Positions 1 to 21,810 of a stretch of 64,000 nt of DNA are shown one piece after another. This stretch comes from the human T2T-CHM13v2.0 reference genome, Homo sapiens. Positions within the stretch are counted from its first letter, which is position 1; each line of letters opens with the position of its first letter. The stretch is from assembly GCF_009914755.1 (NCBI RefSeq), contig NC_060946.1; one strand, written 5' to 3'. The notes under the pieces were generated by a model. That model did no database searches, had not been told where the DNA came from, and was given only the letters and a program-made list of their open reading frames with translations. The position numbers and the translations under genes are program-made.

Positions 1-167
1 ACTACAGGCACATGCCACCATGCCTGGCTGATTAAAAAAAAAAAATTTTTTTTAAGACGAGGTCGTGCTATGTTGCCCAGGCTGGTCTCAAAGTCCTGGG
101 CTCAAGTGATCCCACTACCTTGGCCTCTCAAAGTGCTGAGATTACAGGGATGAGTCACCGTGCCCAG
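1..167 (-). mobile_element. Alu (partial, window edge)
   Basis: Antisense Alu left arm ending AAAGTGCTGAGATTACAGG. Confidence 0.9.
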
Positions 168-353
168 TTGACAAGTATGCTTTTAATTGTATCCTTCTGG
201 AATTTGTTTTTCTGCAAGTTGTGAGAAAGGCATCTAATTTTTATGTTTTCTAAAAGTGTATCTGATTTTCTCAATAGCATTTACTCTGATTTTGAATACT
301 CGTCTTCACTGACATTTTATCAATTCCTGTGCCTAATTACTGTAGCTTTATAA

Positions 354-686
<333 letters not shown>

Positions 687-899
687 TCCTTTACTGTTCT
701 TTAATTTTTAAAATGTACTGGAGTTTTCTCTTCCATGTAAATGTTAGAATCAGCTTAAGTTGTATTAAAAATACCTCATTGGGATTTTGTTTGGTATTAC
801 ATTTTAATTGTAGATTTAAACTTTCCTCTGTAACCAATGTAATGTGGGCCCTGTTTTGGAGCAGAGAGTACCTTGCACCCATTAATGCTTAATCTTTCC

Positions 900-1197
900 G
901 GCCCGGCACAGTGGCTTATGCCTGTAATCCCAGCACTTTGGGAGGCCAAGGCAAGTGGATCACCTGAGGTCGGCAGTTTGAGACCAGCCTGGCCAACATG
1001 GTGAAACTCCATCTCTACTAAAAAAAAAAATTAGCTGGACATGGTGGCTGGTGCTTGTAATCCCAGCTACTCAGGAAGCTGAGGAAAGAGAATCACTTGA
1101 ATCCAGGAGGTGGAGGTTGCAGTGAGCCAAGATCGCGCCATTGCACTCCAGTGTGGGTGACAGAGTGAGACTTCGTCTCAAAAAAAAAAAAAAAAAG
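900..1197 (+). mobile_element. AluS-type with TSD (GCTTAATCTTTC)
   Basis: Full Alu with A-tail and a flanking direct repeat. Confidence 0.95.
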
Positions 1198-1253
1198 GCT
1201 TAATCTTTCTGATTTAGAAAGTTTGCTTTCTTGCTAAATTTTATAGAGGTTAG

Positions 1254-2706
<1,453 letters not shown>

Positions 2707-2739
2707 TCAGGAAAGGTCTTACCAGTCAGATTCTCCACC

Positions 2740-3427
<688 letters not shown>

Positions 3428-4293
3428 CCACTGGCTCTCGAGTATCAAAAGAACCTTGGAGGGGTGTTAGCTGGAGCCTGGTACTCTCGGAGCAAGGCAG
3501 GACAGTGGCCGAGGGGCCCGTGGGTCTTAGTGACAGACGGTAGTGTCGGAGGGTCTTGACAGTGGGAAAGGACAGAAGCATGGAGACTGAGAGCGCTTCA
3601 GTAGGCAGAGCCAAGCTCCATGTCTGGGCTTAACTGAACAGGACTGGGGTCTCAATCATGTCATTTACCAGCCATGTAACCTAGAACAAATAACCTCCCC
3701 CATCTTCAGTTCCTTTATTTGAAAACTAGGGCTGTTGTGAGGATGTGTGAAGTGTCAGCGCCATACCTGGTCCATATGGCCTCAGTACAAGTGACAGTGA
3801 TGGTGATGGTGGGGACAGTTTGATCAGCTGCAAAGCGTCTTCTCCTGCTGAGTAGGAAGAGGAAGAGGACGGGAGTGCTACCATATCCTTTTATATACAG
3901 TTTCCCCAGTGCCATGTTAATCATTCTGCAGTTGCTGCCAAAGCAACACAGAATCCTACCCAGTTCCCATGGAAGATTTTCCTCCAAGGAGAATCCAGCA
4001 GTAGAGAGAGGCCAGCCATTTGCAACGTGGGGAGCTTTCACTCAGAGCCCTCAGTCAAACAGCCAGAATGAGCTCTGGGGCAGCTGACAGACCAGCCAAG
4101 GCCTCTCATATGATTTAATCTGACAGATACAAAAAGGAGCACAAAATGATTTTGCTGTGGCCTAGACATGCAGAGCTCCCACAATTACATGTGTCCTTTC
4201 ATGAAAAATTAGATTATCACCGTAGCTCCAGCATAATGAGTCTCTAATGCCAAGGACTGTGTTAATTAATAAGTTGTACATGTTGACTTTTAA

Positions 4294-4708
<415 letters not shown>

Positions 4709-6579
4709 TAGTATGTCTGGAGAGTCAGTTGACCATCTCGGAGACCATGTCCCTGCAGGAACAGATGAATAGGAAATGCTTGCTCCTGGTGCTGAGTGGT
4801 GAAAGTTTTGTTGCATCCTCTTAGAAGAACTTCAGTGCTCAACGGCTCTCAGAGGCTTCACTGTGTTGTCTCTGAGATGCAGCCTCGAGGTTGTAGGAGA
4901 GAGGATCTGGGAAGAAGTCCAACCTTGACAAGAGAGAGGGGGCCTGAATCTGGCAAGCAAGTGGGGGCCACATTCTCTGGGCATTCAGAAGCCAGGATTT
5001 CATAGGCCATGAAATCTGCTGTCTTTTAGAAGTGGGCTCCGGTCTGCTTTCTCTACACAAGTTCAAATTTTCCACCATTTCCAGGAGCCTGCAGCTAACA
5101 CAAGTGAATGAGTGATTTCCTCGTCATTGACCCCATAAACTCAGATACTTGTAAAAGAGAAGTTAACTTACAGAGCATATAAAAATCAGAAAAAAACGGG
5201 AAGAGCCTACGGACAGTCCGGTACAGCTGTGTATGGATCACCCATTGGAACAAGCATTTCTTTAGGCTTCCAAGGCTGTTGGAGGACCCTAAGAGGGAAG
5301 AAAATGGTTTAGCTGGAGATGGTTTGGGTGCAGACTTTCCAGAAGGCAGTACCAGTGACCAGAAGGTGGACAGACTTCAATTCCAGCCCCAAGAGCACAG
5401 GCAGGGAGAAATGCTCTCTAAGAAGGAGGGTCTGCCCTTGAGATTCTTTGTCTGCAACAGCTTTGCATCTTCCACCAGTAAAAACTTTGTTCCCATTTTA
5501 GATCACAGTTTAATTTTATTTTGTGCCATGCTCTTTGAGGGTAAGAGGAATGTGAATCTCGGTGAAAACATGTGTTGTTTCTTGTGTACCCCTCTATACA
5601 TGTGACAATGGCTATCATCTGAAAGAAGCAATGTGCAAGGGGAGAGGGTGACCCCATCTCCGTGCTACAAGGTGACTGGGCTGCAGAAGGAGGATGCAGC
5701 CCCTTGGGTCAGCAGATGGGTTTTGTTGGAGTGGCCCATTGGGTGTGGGTGTCTTGGGCTGGAGGTGATGTGGATGACGCACAGGGCTTATTCTTTGTGC
5801 CCTCTCAAGCTTCACCTTTGGCCCTGGCCTACAGGGATTCCGGGTTCAGGAAAGACTTTGAATCTGCAGCCACATGAAAATACATGGCACTGCTGTGGAC
5901 CCACTTTTTAAGGAGGGGGGGGCGGGGAAAGCATAGAAAAGATTTGACAGCTTGAAACTACATCAGCCAGTTTGTAGAGGTTTTGGCCACTCTTCTAGTT
6001 TCCATACACATGATCCGTGATGGATTTGGAGGGGCATGGGAAAGAGGACAAAGCCAGAGGCTCCTCATTAGTCTTGGGAATTCAAGGAGACTTCAGTTTG
6101 GTAGCTGCACTTGGAGAGATTGTGTGTGTGCGCACACACATGTGGTTGCTCCAAGGCAGTTTCTACTGCTGCTTGCTCATGTGTCTGTAGCTTCCAGGCA
6201 GTTTTTCAGCAAGACTGTAAGCCAGATGCAAAAGCAAACCTGAAGAGATATGTCAAACTGCATTAAAAAAAAAAAAAAAAAGAGGGAGCATACTTTATAG
6301 GTTAAAGGAAATTTTTTTGATATGTGGTAATTTACTGAGAATCCACTGACAAATGTGGTTAAGGGTCATTTCAGGACCAATAAGCTTTTGGATGAACAAT
6401 TTAAAAATCCGTTAAGGGATATTCCTTCCCGTATCTCTATGTTTGCTTCATCGAATCACGTGGTTGCCCTGAAGGGGAAATAGGATTCATTTGTTGGTTT
6501 TTAAATTCCTTGCTTGGAAGGATTTGGACAGTCAAGGCCAATGTGATCCCTGTTTCAAACTTCTCTTTTTATTTTTCTT

Positions 6580-7232
<653 letters not shown>

Positions 7233-7638
7233 GCTCATATTGGGGCATTCTAAATAAAATCAGTCCTGTCTCTTTAATGTATCCGTGCCACAGTTTTGTG
7301 AAATACATTGTCAATCTTAATTCTGCTTTGCGGATAGAGAAAAATGAATTGTTGAATGGAAGAGTGTCTTAGCTAGGAAGAGCTGCAAGATAGGAAGGTC
7401 ATCATCATCTCTCAGGGCTAGACCCAGGCCAGTGGGGATTTCAGGAGCCTTTATAATAAATGGTTTAAGAACCCTCTTATTCTGCCCCCACATCAGTGGG
7501 TATACAGATTATTATCACTCAATGGGTATATAGATAAGTATTACCAAATATATAGAGTCAGAGAGATTAGGATAAAATATCATAATCAAAACAGGAAAAA
7601 ACAAAGTATTTAGGAACCGCATACAGAAGTTTCAATCA

Positions 7639-8020
<382 letters not shown>

Positions 8021-8685
8021 TTACAGAAGAAACTGAGGTTATAAACCTTCCTGTAAATGCTTCCTGCAGACATCTACTTACAGGCCCACGGGTAAAAAGT
8101 TTGCATTTATACTTTTTAATGAATAGTCTCTTTAGGGTTTAATTAGTCATTGTGTCTATGCATGAATCATTCATAATCTGGTCTTGCCACCAGCATATGG
8201 CAATTAAAGTCAGATGAATAGAAGTAATATTCTCAAGCAAAATGAACTGTACTCTTCGGCCAATTATCATTGGTTGGCAACATGTTTTATAGAGATAAAA
8301 GTTGATTGGCAGCTCTTACAAGTTTTGGTTTGTCTTGTCTCTTCGGGAGAAAGTGAACCCTATGAAAAGCACAAGCCTCCGGTCTTCCACACCAGCACTG
8401 TGAGGGCCACAGTCTCTCATATTCCCCAGCCAGCCTAACACTGGGGAGGTGGTCTGAGCTCATGTGAGTAATGTTAATAATCACCACTATGTGTGCCTAC
8501 TGTGTGCCTGGCATGTTTACATGCATTATGGGTCATCTTCCAAGTGACTTGTCCACAATCACTGAGTTAGTAAATGGCAGAGCCTGGATTTTAATCCAAG
8601 ACTATCTGATTCCAGGTTTTCTGCTCCATCCAGTCCACCACATTGTCTCAAAACTGAAGATAAGAGTAAATTAGATTGTAGTTCA

Positions 8686-9458
<773 letters not shown>

Positions 9459-9469
9459 AGTGGTCTAAG

Positions 9470-14665
<5,196 letters not shown>

Positions 14666-14735
14666 TTTCCTTCCTTCCTTCCTTCCTTCCTTCCTTCCTT
14701 CCTTCCTTCCTTCCTTCCTTCCTTTCTTTCTCTTT
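14666..14735 (+). repeat. (CCTT)n polypyrimidine microsatellite at an Alu tail
   Basis: About 14 CCTT units, then TTTC, abutting the antisense Alu at 14726-15032. Confidence 0.95.
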
Positions 14736-15032
14736 TGAGATAGGGTCTCACTGTGTCGCCCAGGCTGGAGTGCAGCGGTGCAATCTCAGCTCACTGCAGC
14801 CTCTGCCTCCCAGGTTGAGGCCATCCTCCTGCCTCAGCCTCCCAAGTAGCTGGGACTACAGGCACCCACCACCACACCCAGCTAATTTTTGTATTTTTAA
14901 TAGAGACAGGGTCTCACCATGTCTTGGTCTTCGAGACCAAGCTGGTCTTGAAAAACCCCTGGCCTCAAGTGATCTGCCCGGCTTGGCCTCCCAAAGTGCT
15001 GGGATTACAGGCGTGAGCCGCCACGCCCAGCC
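14726..15032 (-). mobile_element. Alu
   Basis: Antisense Alu consensus. Confidence 0.92.
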
Positions 15033-17295
15033 TGCAAGGGTTTGTTTCTGAAGAGCCATTGGAGTTTTAGGGCTGAAAGATACTGCAGGCAGTAGTTAAT
15101 TCAATGCCTTCTTATTACAGATGAGGAAACTGAGGCCCAAAGACAAAGGGCAACTTGCCCTGGGTTTCGTAGTGACAGAGCTGAAAGTACATCCTAGGCC
15201 TGACTCCACATCTGATGCTTTTAAAAGCTAGTTGTTAGTTTGCTTTGCTCCTAGAAGAGTGTTATCTCAGTTACTATTTCGATAGAAGTGGCAAATGCCT
15301 TTTTCATTCTGCAGAAAATGTGTGTGGCTTACCCATCCTCTTCACCACTCCTGTGGAGCAGTCCATCACTGGCAGCTCCTGTATTTTGAAGCATTACTGT
15401 GGCAAGAATAGGCCACCTGTTTTGTGGGTTTCTATTTGCCCTGACATTTAGTTTGCAGAGTTTGAAAGGGTCCTGAATATAGCTATGTAATAACCTACTA
15501 CAGAATGCCTTCCCAGTGCACATTTGTCTTTATTGCCTACAGCAAGGAACTTGATCTTTGAATTTTTTAGCAACCTAGAGCCTCTTTCCGTCATGCCTAC
15601 CAGTAAGACAGACCTGGGCTAGGCTACCGTCCCAAGGGTTGTCTTGGCAGAGGCTGGGTTGGGGGTGAGAATAGGGGCAACGGGGAATATGAATTAGACA
15701 AAATTCCAAAGCAGATTTAAAATTATGCCATTCTTGGTATTTCCTGGCTGGGTTTGCTCATTCAAGAGCTATTAAGCCCCTCTTAGTGGTATTGTGGACA
15801 CTTTGCTGGGAGCTGACAGGCCCCTCACAAAACCAGAAGGCAAGAACTCATAGATTTTCTGGAGGAGCTTACGAGAGGGGGCAGGGACCCAGGGAAGAGG
15901 CTGCCATGTGGGACCAAGGAGAGAGGAGGAGGGCTGGGTCCAGGCCTCCCGAAGTGTCAGAAGGAAATGGTGAGCCAAGGAAGCACTGGTGGAACCTGGG
16001 GCAGGCTGGCTGGTTGTGAGGGAGGAGGAAGGCATGAGCCATGGACATGCTTCTGTCTTCAGAGAACACCTGAGAGAGCAAAGCACAGCTGGGCTGGGAG
16101 GGCGGACGGGGGATTTGCTTTAGATTTGACAGCAACATTGGTGATACAGGTGGCATTCCAGGCAGGTTGGGGGTGGTTTACTCATTGTCAGCAGCAATGG
16201 AAGTCACAGTCCGCCTGCCAGAATGAGCATGTGTAGTGGCAAGGTCAAAGAGTAGGGCCGGAGCCGTGGGGCAGAAGGTAGAAGACAACCTGGGGCAGTA
16301 GTGTCTTCCGGCCTTTGTGTGTGAGAATCAGTGGTATGTATTCCAGTTCTTTGGCTTTTCCAGAACCCAGAAAAGAATGGAGTAACTGAACTGTGATTTA
16401 AAATCTTGCTGTGTGGCTTGGGTTGTTTGTGTTGGTTCCAAACCCTGAATCTTTTGGGGTCTTCAATTTGTGGGCATGTCAGTGGAAATTCTAAGCTTTG
16501 TTTTAATGGTGTGTGTGTGTCTGTCTGTCTCTGTGTGAGTGTGTTTAGAAATTGGCTTCTCTGGGTTCCTCGCTCGTCTTCTGGAAGGTGGGGTTATAGA
16601 CATGCTGGTGAATTCTGAATGTTTTATAAATTAGACTATTAACGGAGTTAAATTGAAGAAACCTTCTGTCATAAGACCTTCCAGGAATTCCATTCCAAAT
16701 GAGGAAATGCATAAAGACTTGTCCACTTGGCAAACATTGGGTGTTTGGGAGGTGATTGTGTACCCTGTCCCCACATTTAATACCTGCAACCATTGCAACA
16801 GGAAGCCCATGTAACCTGGTGCTCGTGATTACTGATTTGTTTCTTGTCATTGAGTTTTGACAGTATGTTACTTAATAAAAAAGAGAAGAAAGAAAAATAA
16901 GCTCTTGGAAGTAATTTTCAAGTAGAGGTAGTGGTTTTGTTTATTTTTTTAAGGTACCATATGTGGCATGTGCTTCCTTTCTTTGATGTGAAATCTGAAG
17001 GAACCCTTGCCTCCTTCCTAGCACACTTCCTAAATGATAAATGCCCACTCCTGTTCCACCTATGCCCTTCATAAATGTTTTGGCTCCATGATCTTTTTGT
17101 AGCAGCCGTGGTCAGTGAATGTTTGAGCAGAGTCTTCTATGCCTGCTTGGACAGCAATTATTAACCTCAACTTGAATGCATTCTATTCGATCTTTCTCCT
17201 TCAAAGCGGGAGCTCACCAAATGGTAAAAATCAAGGTGTCTTTGGATTTGAATTAATGTGGCATTAAAAAGTTGTGGTTGCTTTAAAAAGAATTA

Positions 17296-17621
17296 GGCAG
17301 GGCTGGGGCGGTGGCTTATACCTGTAATCTCAGTGCTTTGGGGAGGCTGAGACAGCAGAGTCACTTGAGGCCAGGAGTTTGAGAACAGCTTGGACAACAC
17401 AGCAAGACCCCATTTCAACAACAACAACAAAAAATCCTAGCTAGATATGGTGGTGCACACTTGTGGACCTAGCTATTTAGGAGGTTGAGGTAGGAGGATC
17501 ACTTGAGCCCAGGAGTTCCAGGCTGCAGTGAGCTATGATCATGTCACTGAACTCCAGCCTGGGCAACAGAGCAAGACCCTGCCTCTACATAAATAGAATG
17601 AATGAATGAATGAATGAATGA
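17296..17621 (+). mobile_element. AluJ-type with (GAAT)n tail region
   Basis: Diverged Alu followed by (TGAA)5-6. Confidence 0.88.
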
Positions 17622-18538
17622 CAGGAGTTTCCTATTTAGTTCCGTGAAGGTAGGGTATCCTCGTCTTGGACTCCAGAAAGGCGTGAGGGAGGCCATGAAG
17701 TAGGCAGAGCCTGGAACCAGAAGGAGCCCCACCCCACCCTCATGTTTCAGAGGAGAAACTGAGGCTCAGGTGGCCTGGGTCATGTTGCTGGTCTGTGGCA
17801 GAAGCCAAGTCAGAATCAATGACCCCCCAGGGACTTTCCTGGCTGGGGAGGAGGAGGCGTGGGAGGGATTTGAATAGAATGTGGAAGCGGTTCTGCGAGA
17901 TGTCATCAGGCTCTAGCAGTCCCGTCTGTTGGTTGGTGCTGGGAGAGGGAATTGGATTCCAAGTGGGGATGGGACCGCATCTCCCCTAGTTCCCGAGATA
18001 GACTCGCCTGTAACTGGATCACTCCTTGCAACCTCGGGTAGCGTGTGACTGGAGAAATGAGGGCTGGAGCCGTGGACCATCCGAGGGCCCCTCCCCTGCT
18101 GGGTCCAGGCAAAGGGCCGGCCCTCTCCAGCCTCGATTGGGGCGCGATAGCGCCCTTAGTGTCGTGTCGGGTTCCAGGCCACGCTCGGGCATTTTAAGAG
18201 GCTGAGGTGCGCCTTCCGCTGCCCGCCTGCGTCCCGCCACGGAGAGCTCGCCTTTATCTAGCCCTCTGGGCGAGAGAAGAAGGCTAATCCCAGCCTGGGA
18301 CAAGGCTGGCTGAGGCGTGCCGGATCCTCCGGGGACCGATCGGTGGCCTCGCGCGGCTCTCATCGCTCTCCGAGCAGTGCTCCAGGGGGCGGAGGGAGCC
18401 TCCTCGGGCGGTGGGGAGGAGGCTGGAGGAATGAGGACGCAGCACGGCGCGCCCTTGCAGCGCTCAGGCTGACAGGCGGGCGGGCGGAGCGGGCGCACGG
18501 CTCCTCTAGGTCCGGCTGCTCTCTGAGCTCGCGGGCTG

Positions 18539-18559
18539 GACGCTGTCCGCGGTGCTGAA
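18539..18559 (-). promoter_or_regulatory. RE1/NRSE (REST binding site)
   Basis: Reverse complement TTCAGCACCGCGGACAGCGTC versus consensus TTCAGCACCACGGACAGCGCC: 19/21 match with canonical 2-nt spacing. Confidence 0.88.
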
Positions 18560-18698
18560 GCGGCGCCCGCGGCAGGGAGGCGGACCCGGAGCCGCCGGGC
18601 AGCACACACCCAATCCCGGGACCGCCCTCCTCCCAGGCTCGGAGAGGCGGTGGCAGCCGGCACTGCACCCAGATGGACTGAGAGCGCGGCGGCGGGAA

Positions 18699-18728
18699 GG
18701 CGGCGGCGGCGGCGGCAGCAGCAGCAGC
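18699..18728 (+). repeat. Compound trinucleotide repeat (GGC)6(AGC)4 in putative 5' UTR
   Basis: Read directly from the sequence. Confidence 0.95.
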
Positions 18729-21649
18729 TGCAAGAGCCCTCGCAGCCTCGGGGCAGGACCCACGTCCACACCCGAGAGCCCCTCCCTGGGGTGAGTCAGG
18801 GCGGGCGGAAGAGGGATGGGGTGGACGGGTCCTGGGGCATGGGATCTCTTGGGCTTTAAAATTTCCCTTCCCCGTTGTAAATTTCTTCCAGCCCAGATCT
18901 TGAGCAGCTTTCAGGGCTGAGGGCTCAGAGCTATGCCTCAGCACTTTCCCAGTCCTGGGATAGAGGGCAGGCCCCTCTGCCCTCACAAGCCAGGGGACAA
19001 AGGGTTTAGCCAGAAGCCAGACAGTCACAAGGCATGTCCTCCTCTCCACCTTGGGTGCAGCCCACAACAAGGTACCAGGAAAAGCTGTTTGCCCAGGCTG
19101 GTGCCACAGGGGGGACAGCTTCCCGTCTCTGGTCTCTGTTCAGAGGCCTGGCCCCGAGCAACCTAGCCACTGGAATTCAGCCCAGACAGAGGCCAGCCAT
19201 CTTTTAGCAGGGGAAGGCAAGCTTCAGCCTTCACTGGGGCTACAAGCGAGAAGTAGAGCCCTTTCCCTGCCTCCTTCCAGTCTCCGTAGGCACCTGAGCT
19301 GCCATGATCAGGGCTTCGGGGCGAGGGTCACTTCAGTGCACCTGGCTGTTATAAGTGAGCTGGACTCAGGCAGAGGAGCTCTGGAGTGGATACTGGGCAG
19401 GCACTGCCTGCCAGTGGGGTGTGTGTGTGTGTATGTGTGTGTGTGGTGTTCCCAGCAAGCAAAAGGGATTTTAAACTCCAGTGGTGCCTGTCACAGGAAA
19501 AGCCCTTCTCCAGCCAGCCTGTGCCTCTGAGTAAGCAGTTCAGGGTCACGCTGGGCAACTACCCAGCCAGAGGAGCTCTGGGCTTCCTCAGCCCCTACAG
19601 CTGCCCCCCTTCTGCCTTGAGCCATCTACTGAAGGGGGAGATGTGTTTAAACTTGATGGGTCACCTCTGCCTTCGACCCTACCAGCATTCGGTTCCCATC
19701 TCCATCACCTGGCAAGGTCAGACAGATAGATGTGTTAACTCCTAGAACTGGATGGGTGGGCTTCTGGGGGGCTTTACTGCCTAGGCAAAAGGGATTTGGT
19801 GTGTTGGGGAGGAGAGGGAGTGGACAGGGGAGGTGGAATTAGTGGGACCATCCTCCAGAGCCCTGGAGATGTCTAGTTGTGCTAGATTCCAAGCCATGTG
19901 AGATGCCTGTTCTAACCCAATGGATGTAAATGAAGCTTCTGAATCTCGACAGGTTCATTGCTGGAGGACTGAGATCTGTGTTTTGTTCCGTCTATCTAGC
20001 TTAAGCTGTGCGCATCAGAAATGACTCTGGTGGGCAGCTTCCTTGGATCATTGGATGCCTGATGGTGCCGATGAAATGAAAGAGGAGGGGGGAAGATATG
20101 TGAGATGATGTGCTGGTTTTAGGGTCAGTATGAGCTGCAGTGGTGCTGCAGTGCTGATGGAAATGCATGCCAAGAATGTGTTAGCATTACTTGCATAAAG
20201 CAGACCACTTGGTACCCAGGTACCATTTGTTTCGCACCAGTGTTCTGTAGAGAGGGAAGGTCGTAAGGGAAAAGTATAATAACTGCGCATCTGACATATA
20301 CTTGATTTACATTATTCTTGACCACTTTTTTCCACCCAAAAGTATTTTTTAACTACCGTATAAACACTTTATATTTTGGCCAGATGAATGAACGTCTTTA
20401 GAGAATGGTTGTCTGGAAGGATGGCTGACTCATGACTGTACTTTGACATTCTTGCTGACTTGTTTCATAAAAATATGAAGTCCAGAAGCATAATGGCAGG
20501 GCAACTAAGCAGTAGGACATCGTTTTTGTTTTGGGAAAAGTGTGTATTTGAGCCTTGCATGTTATTTGTTTTGAAAATTACATTTATAGCCAAAAAAGTT
20601 TTCCACTGGTTGAGATTGATCTATCTATCTATATATATTTTAACCCATAGTCTGAGCAACTTAAAACCTCCTCAGTAATTAAAGTAGGATCAAGTTCTCT
20701 TCTGTAACTGAGGAAGATACTATCTGAGGGTTGACCCTGGGTGATTGATACACAGTCCTAGATCCAGCTCACAGTCTCTGTTCAGAAGTCCTGACTGGCT
20801 TGTATCACATGCAAGCCTGCATTTATGCACAGTTATAAAACGTGCATGAAAAATATGAACACTATTTCTGTCTGGATTTCTCAAGGCAGCAAACAAAGAT
20901 GTAGTGATGACTATTTGTCAATAGAACACGTTTCATTTTGGTGAAAACAATTGATCTTGTGTTCCTGGTAGAATAGTTAAATGTGAGGGATGGTAGCAAT
21001 AGCTGTGTGATGTTAATGAGTGAAAAGAGATCCAGCTTTGCAGATTGAGAGACCTGAGTTTGAATCCTGATTTTAACCTATTATTAATTGTATGCCATGA
21101 TTTAACCTCTATAAGCCTCTGTTTTATCATCTGTAAAACGGAGAAAATAATACCTGGCTGGTTTGCACAGGATTGGCATGTGGGTGCTCAATGTTATTCT
21201 AAATATTTCTTACCATTGTCTACCTCCGCTGGTTATTAAAGGAACATGAGTGTGTGTAGCTAAAAGTACCTCAAATTTGTGTTTATGTTCAAACTGTGAA
21301 GGCCATGAAAGGACTCAATAGCTTGAGGTGGCCTAGGCCTGCTGGAGGTGGTGTTCCCAAGGTAGGGACTTTTCTTGGGTCTGTTGTCATCCAGGAACAT
21401 TGGCTGGTCAACCCTGGAGCTTGGGTAAAAGAACAAAGGAAATGTTCCCTCCAGGAGAATGGAGCCTAGATGCCAAAGGCCGTGAGGAGTCTGTTCAGAG
21501 AAACCCCTTCCAAGAAAGGTTTTGTGGCAAGGGAGGTTTTGTTACATGGAGAGGCTTCTCTGTCCTGAAATTCTATCTTTCTGATACTGGGTTTCCTCCA
21601 ACGATATGTGTCTCTTCCTTCTTCTGTCCTGTATGCCCTATGGTAATAG

Positions 21650-21810
21650 CAGCTAAAATGGGAAGGTGCTTGTTTCAGGCCAGGCTTTCCTGCAGTAACT
21701 CAGTCATCATCATGACCCTGTGAGAGGAGAACCACTGCCATCCTTATTATACAAATGAAGAGACTGAGGCTCAGACAGGTCGCAGTGCCCAAGGTCTGAC
21801 TCTGGCCCTG
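21650..21810 (-). mobile_element. MIR fragment
   Basis: ATTATACAAATGAAGAGACTGAGGCTCAGA...GCCCAAGGTC core. Similar MIR cores occur at ~15115, 21050, 36190, 43480, 48770, 53650 and 56150. Confidence 0.7.

Larger units (their letters stand above)
18500..18790 (+). other. Putative first (probably 5' UTR, non-coding) exon; start approximate
   Basis: Lies within the CpG island and ends at CCTGGG|GTGAGT (donor 18791-18796). The only ATG in the interval (18673) is followed by GAC TGA. Confidence 0.65.
18000..18850 (+). promoter_or_regulatory. CpG island 1 / promoter of a + strand gene
   Basis: Dense unmutated CpGs, multiple GC boxes (GGGGCG/GGGCGG) and an inverted CCAAT (GATTGG ~18136). It is non-repetitive and ends at a consensus splice donor. 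Confidence 0.9.

Noticed and set aside
18019-19070. Long minus-strand ORFs (250 aa and 236 aa) over CpG island 1
   Set aside because: Low-complexity Ala/Arg/Pro translations with non-ATG starts, expected from stop-poor GC-rich DNA; no recognisable domain.
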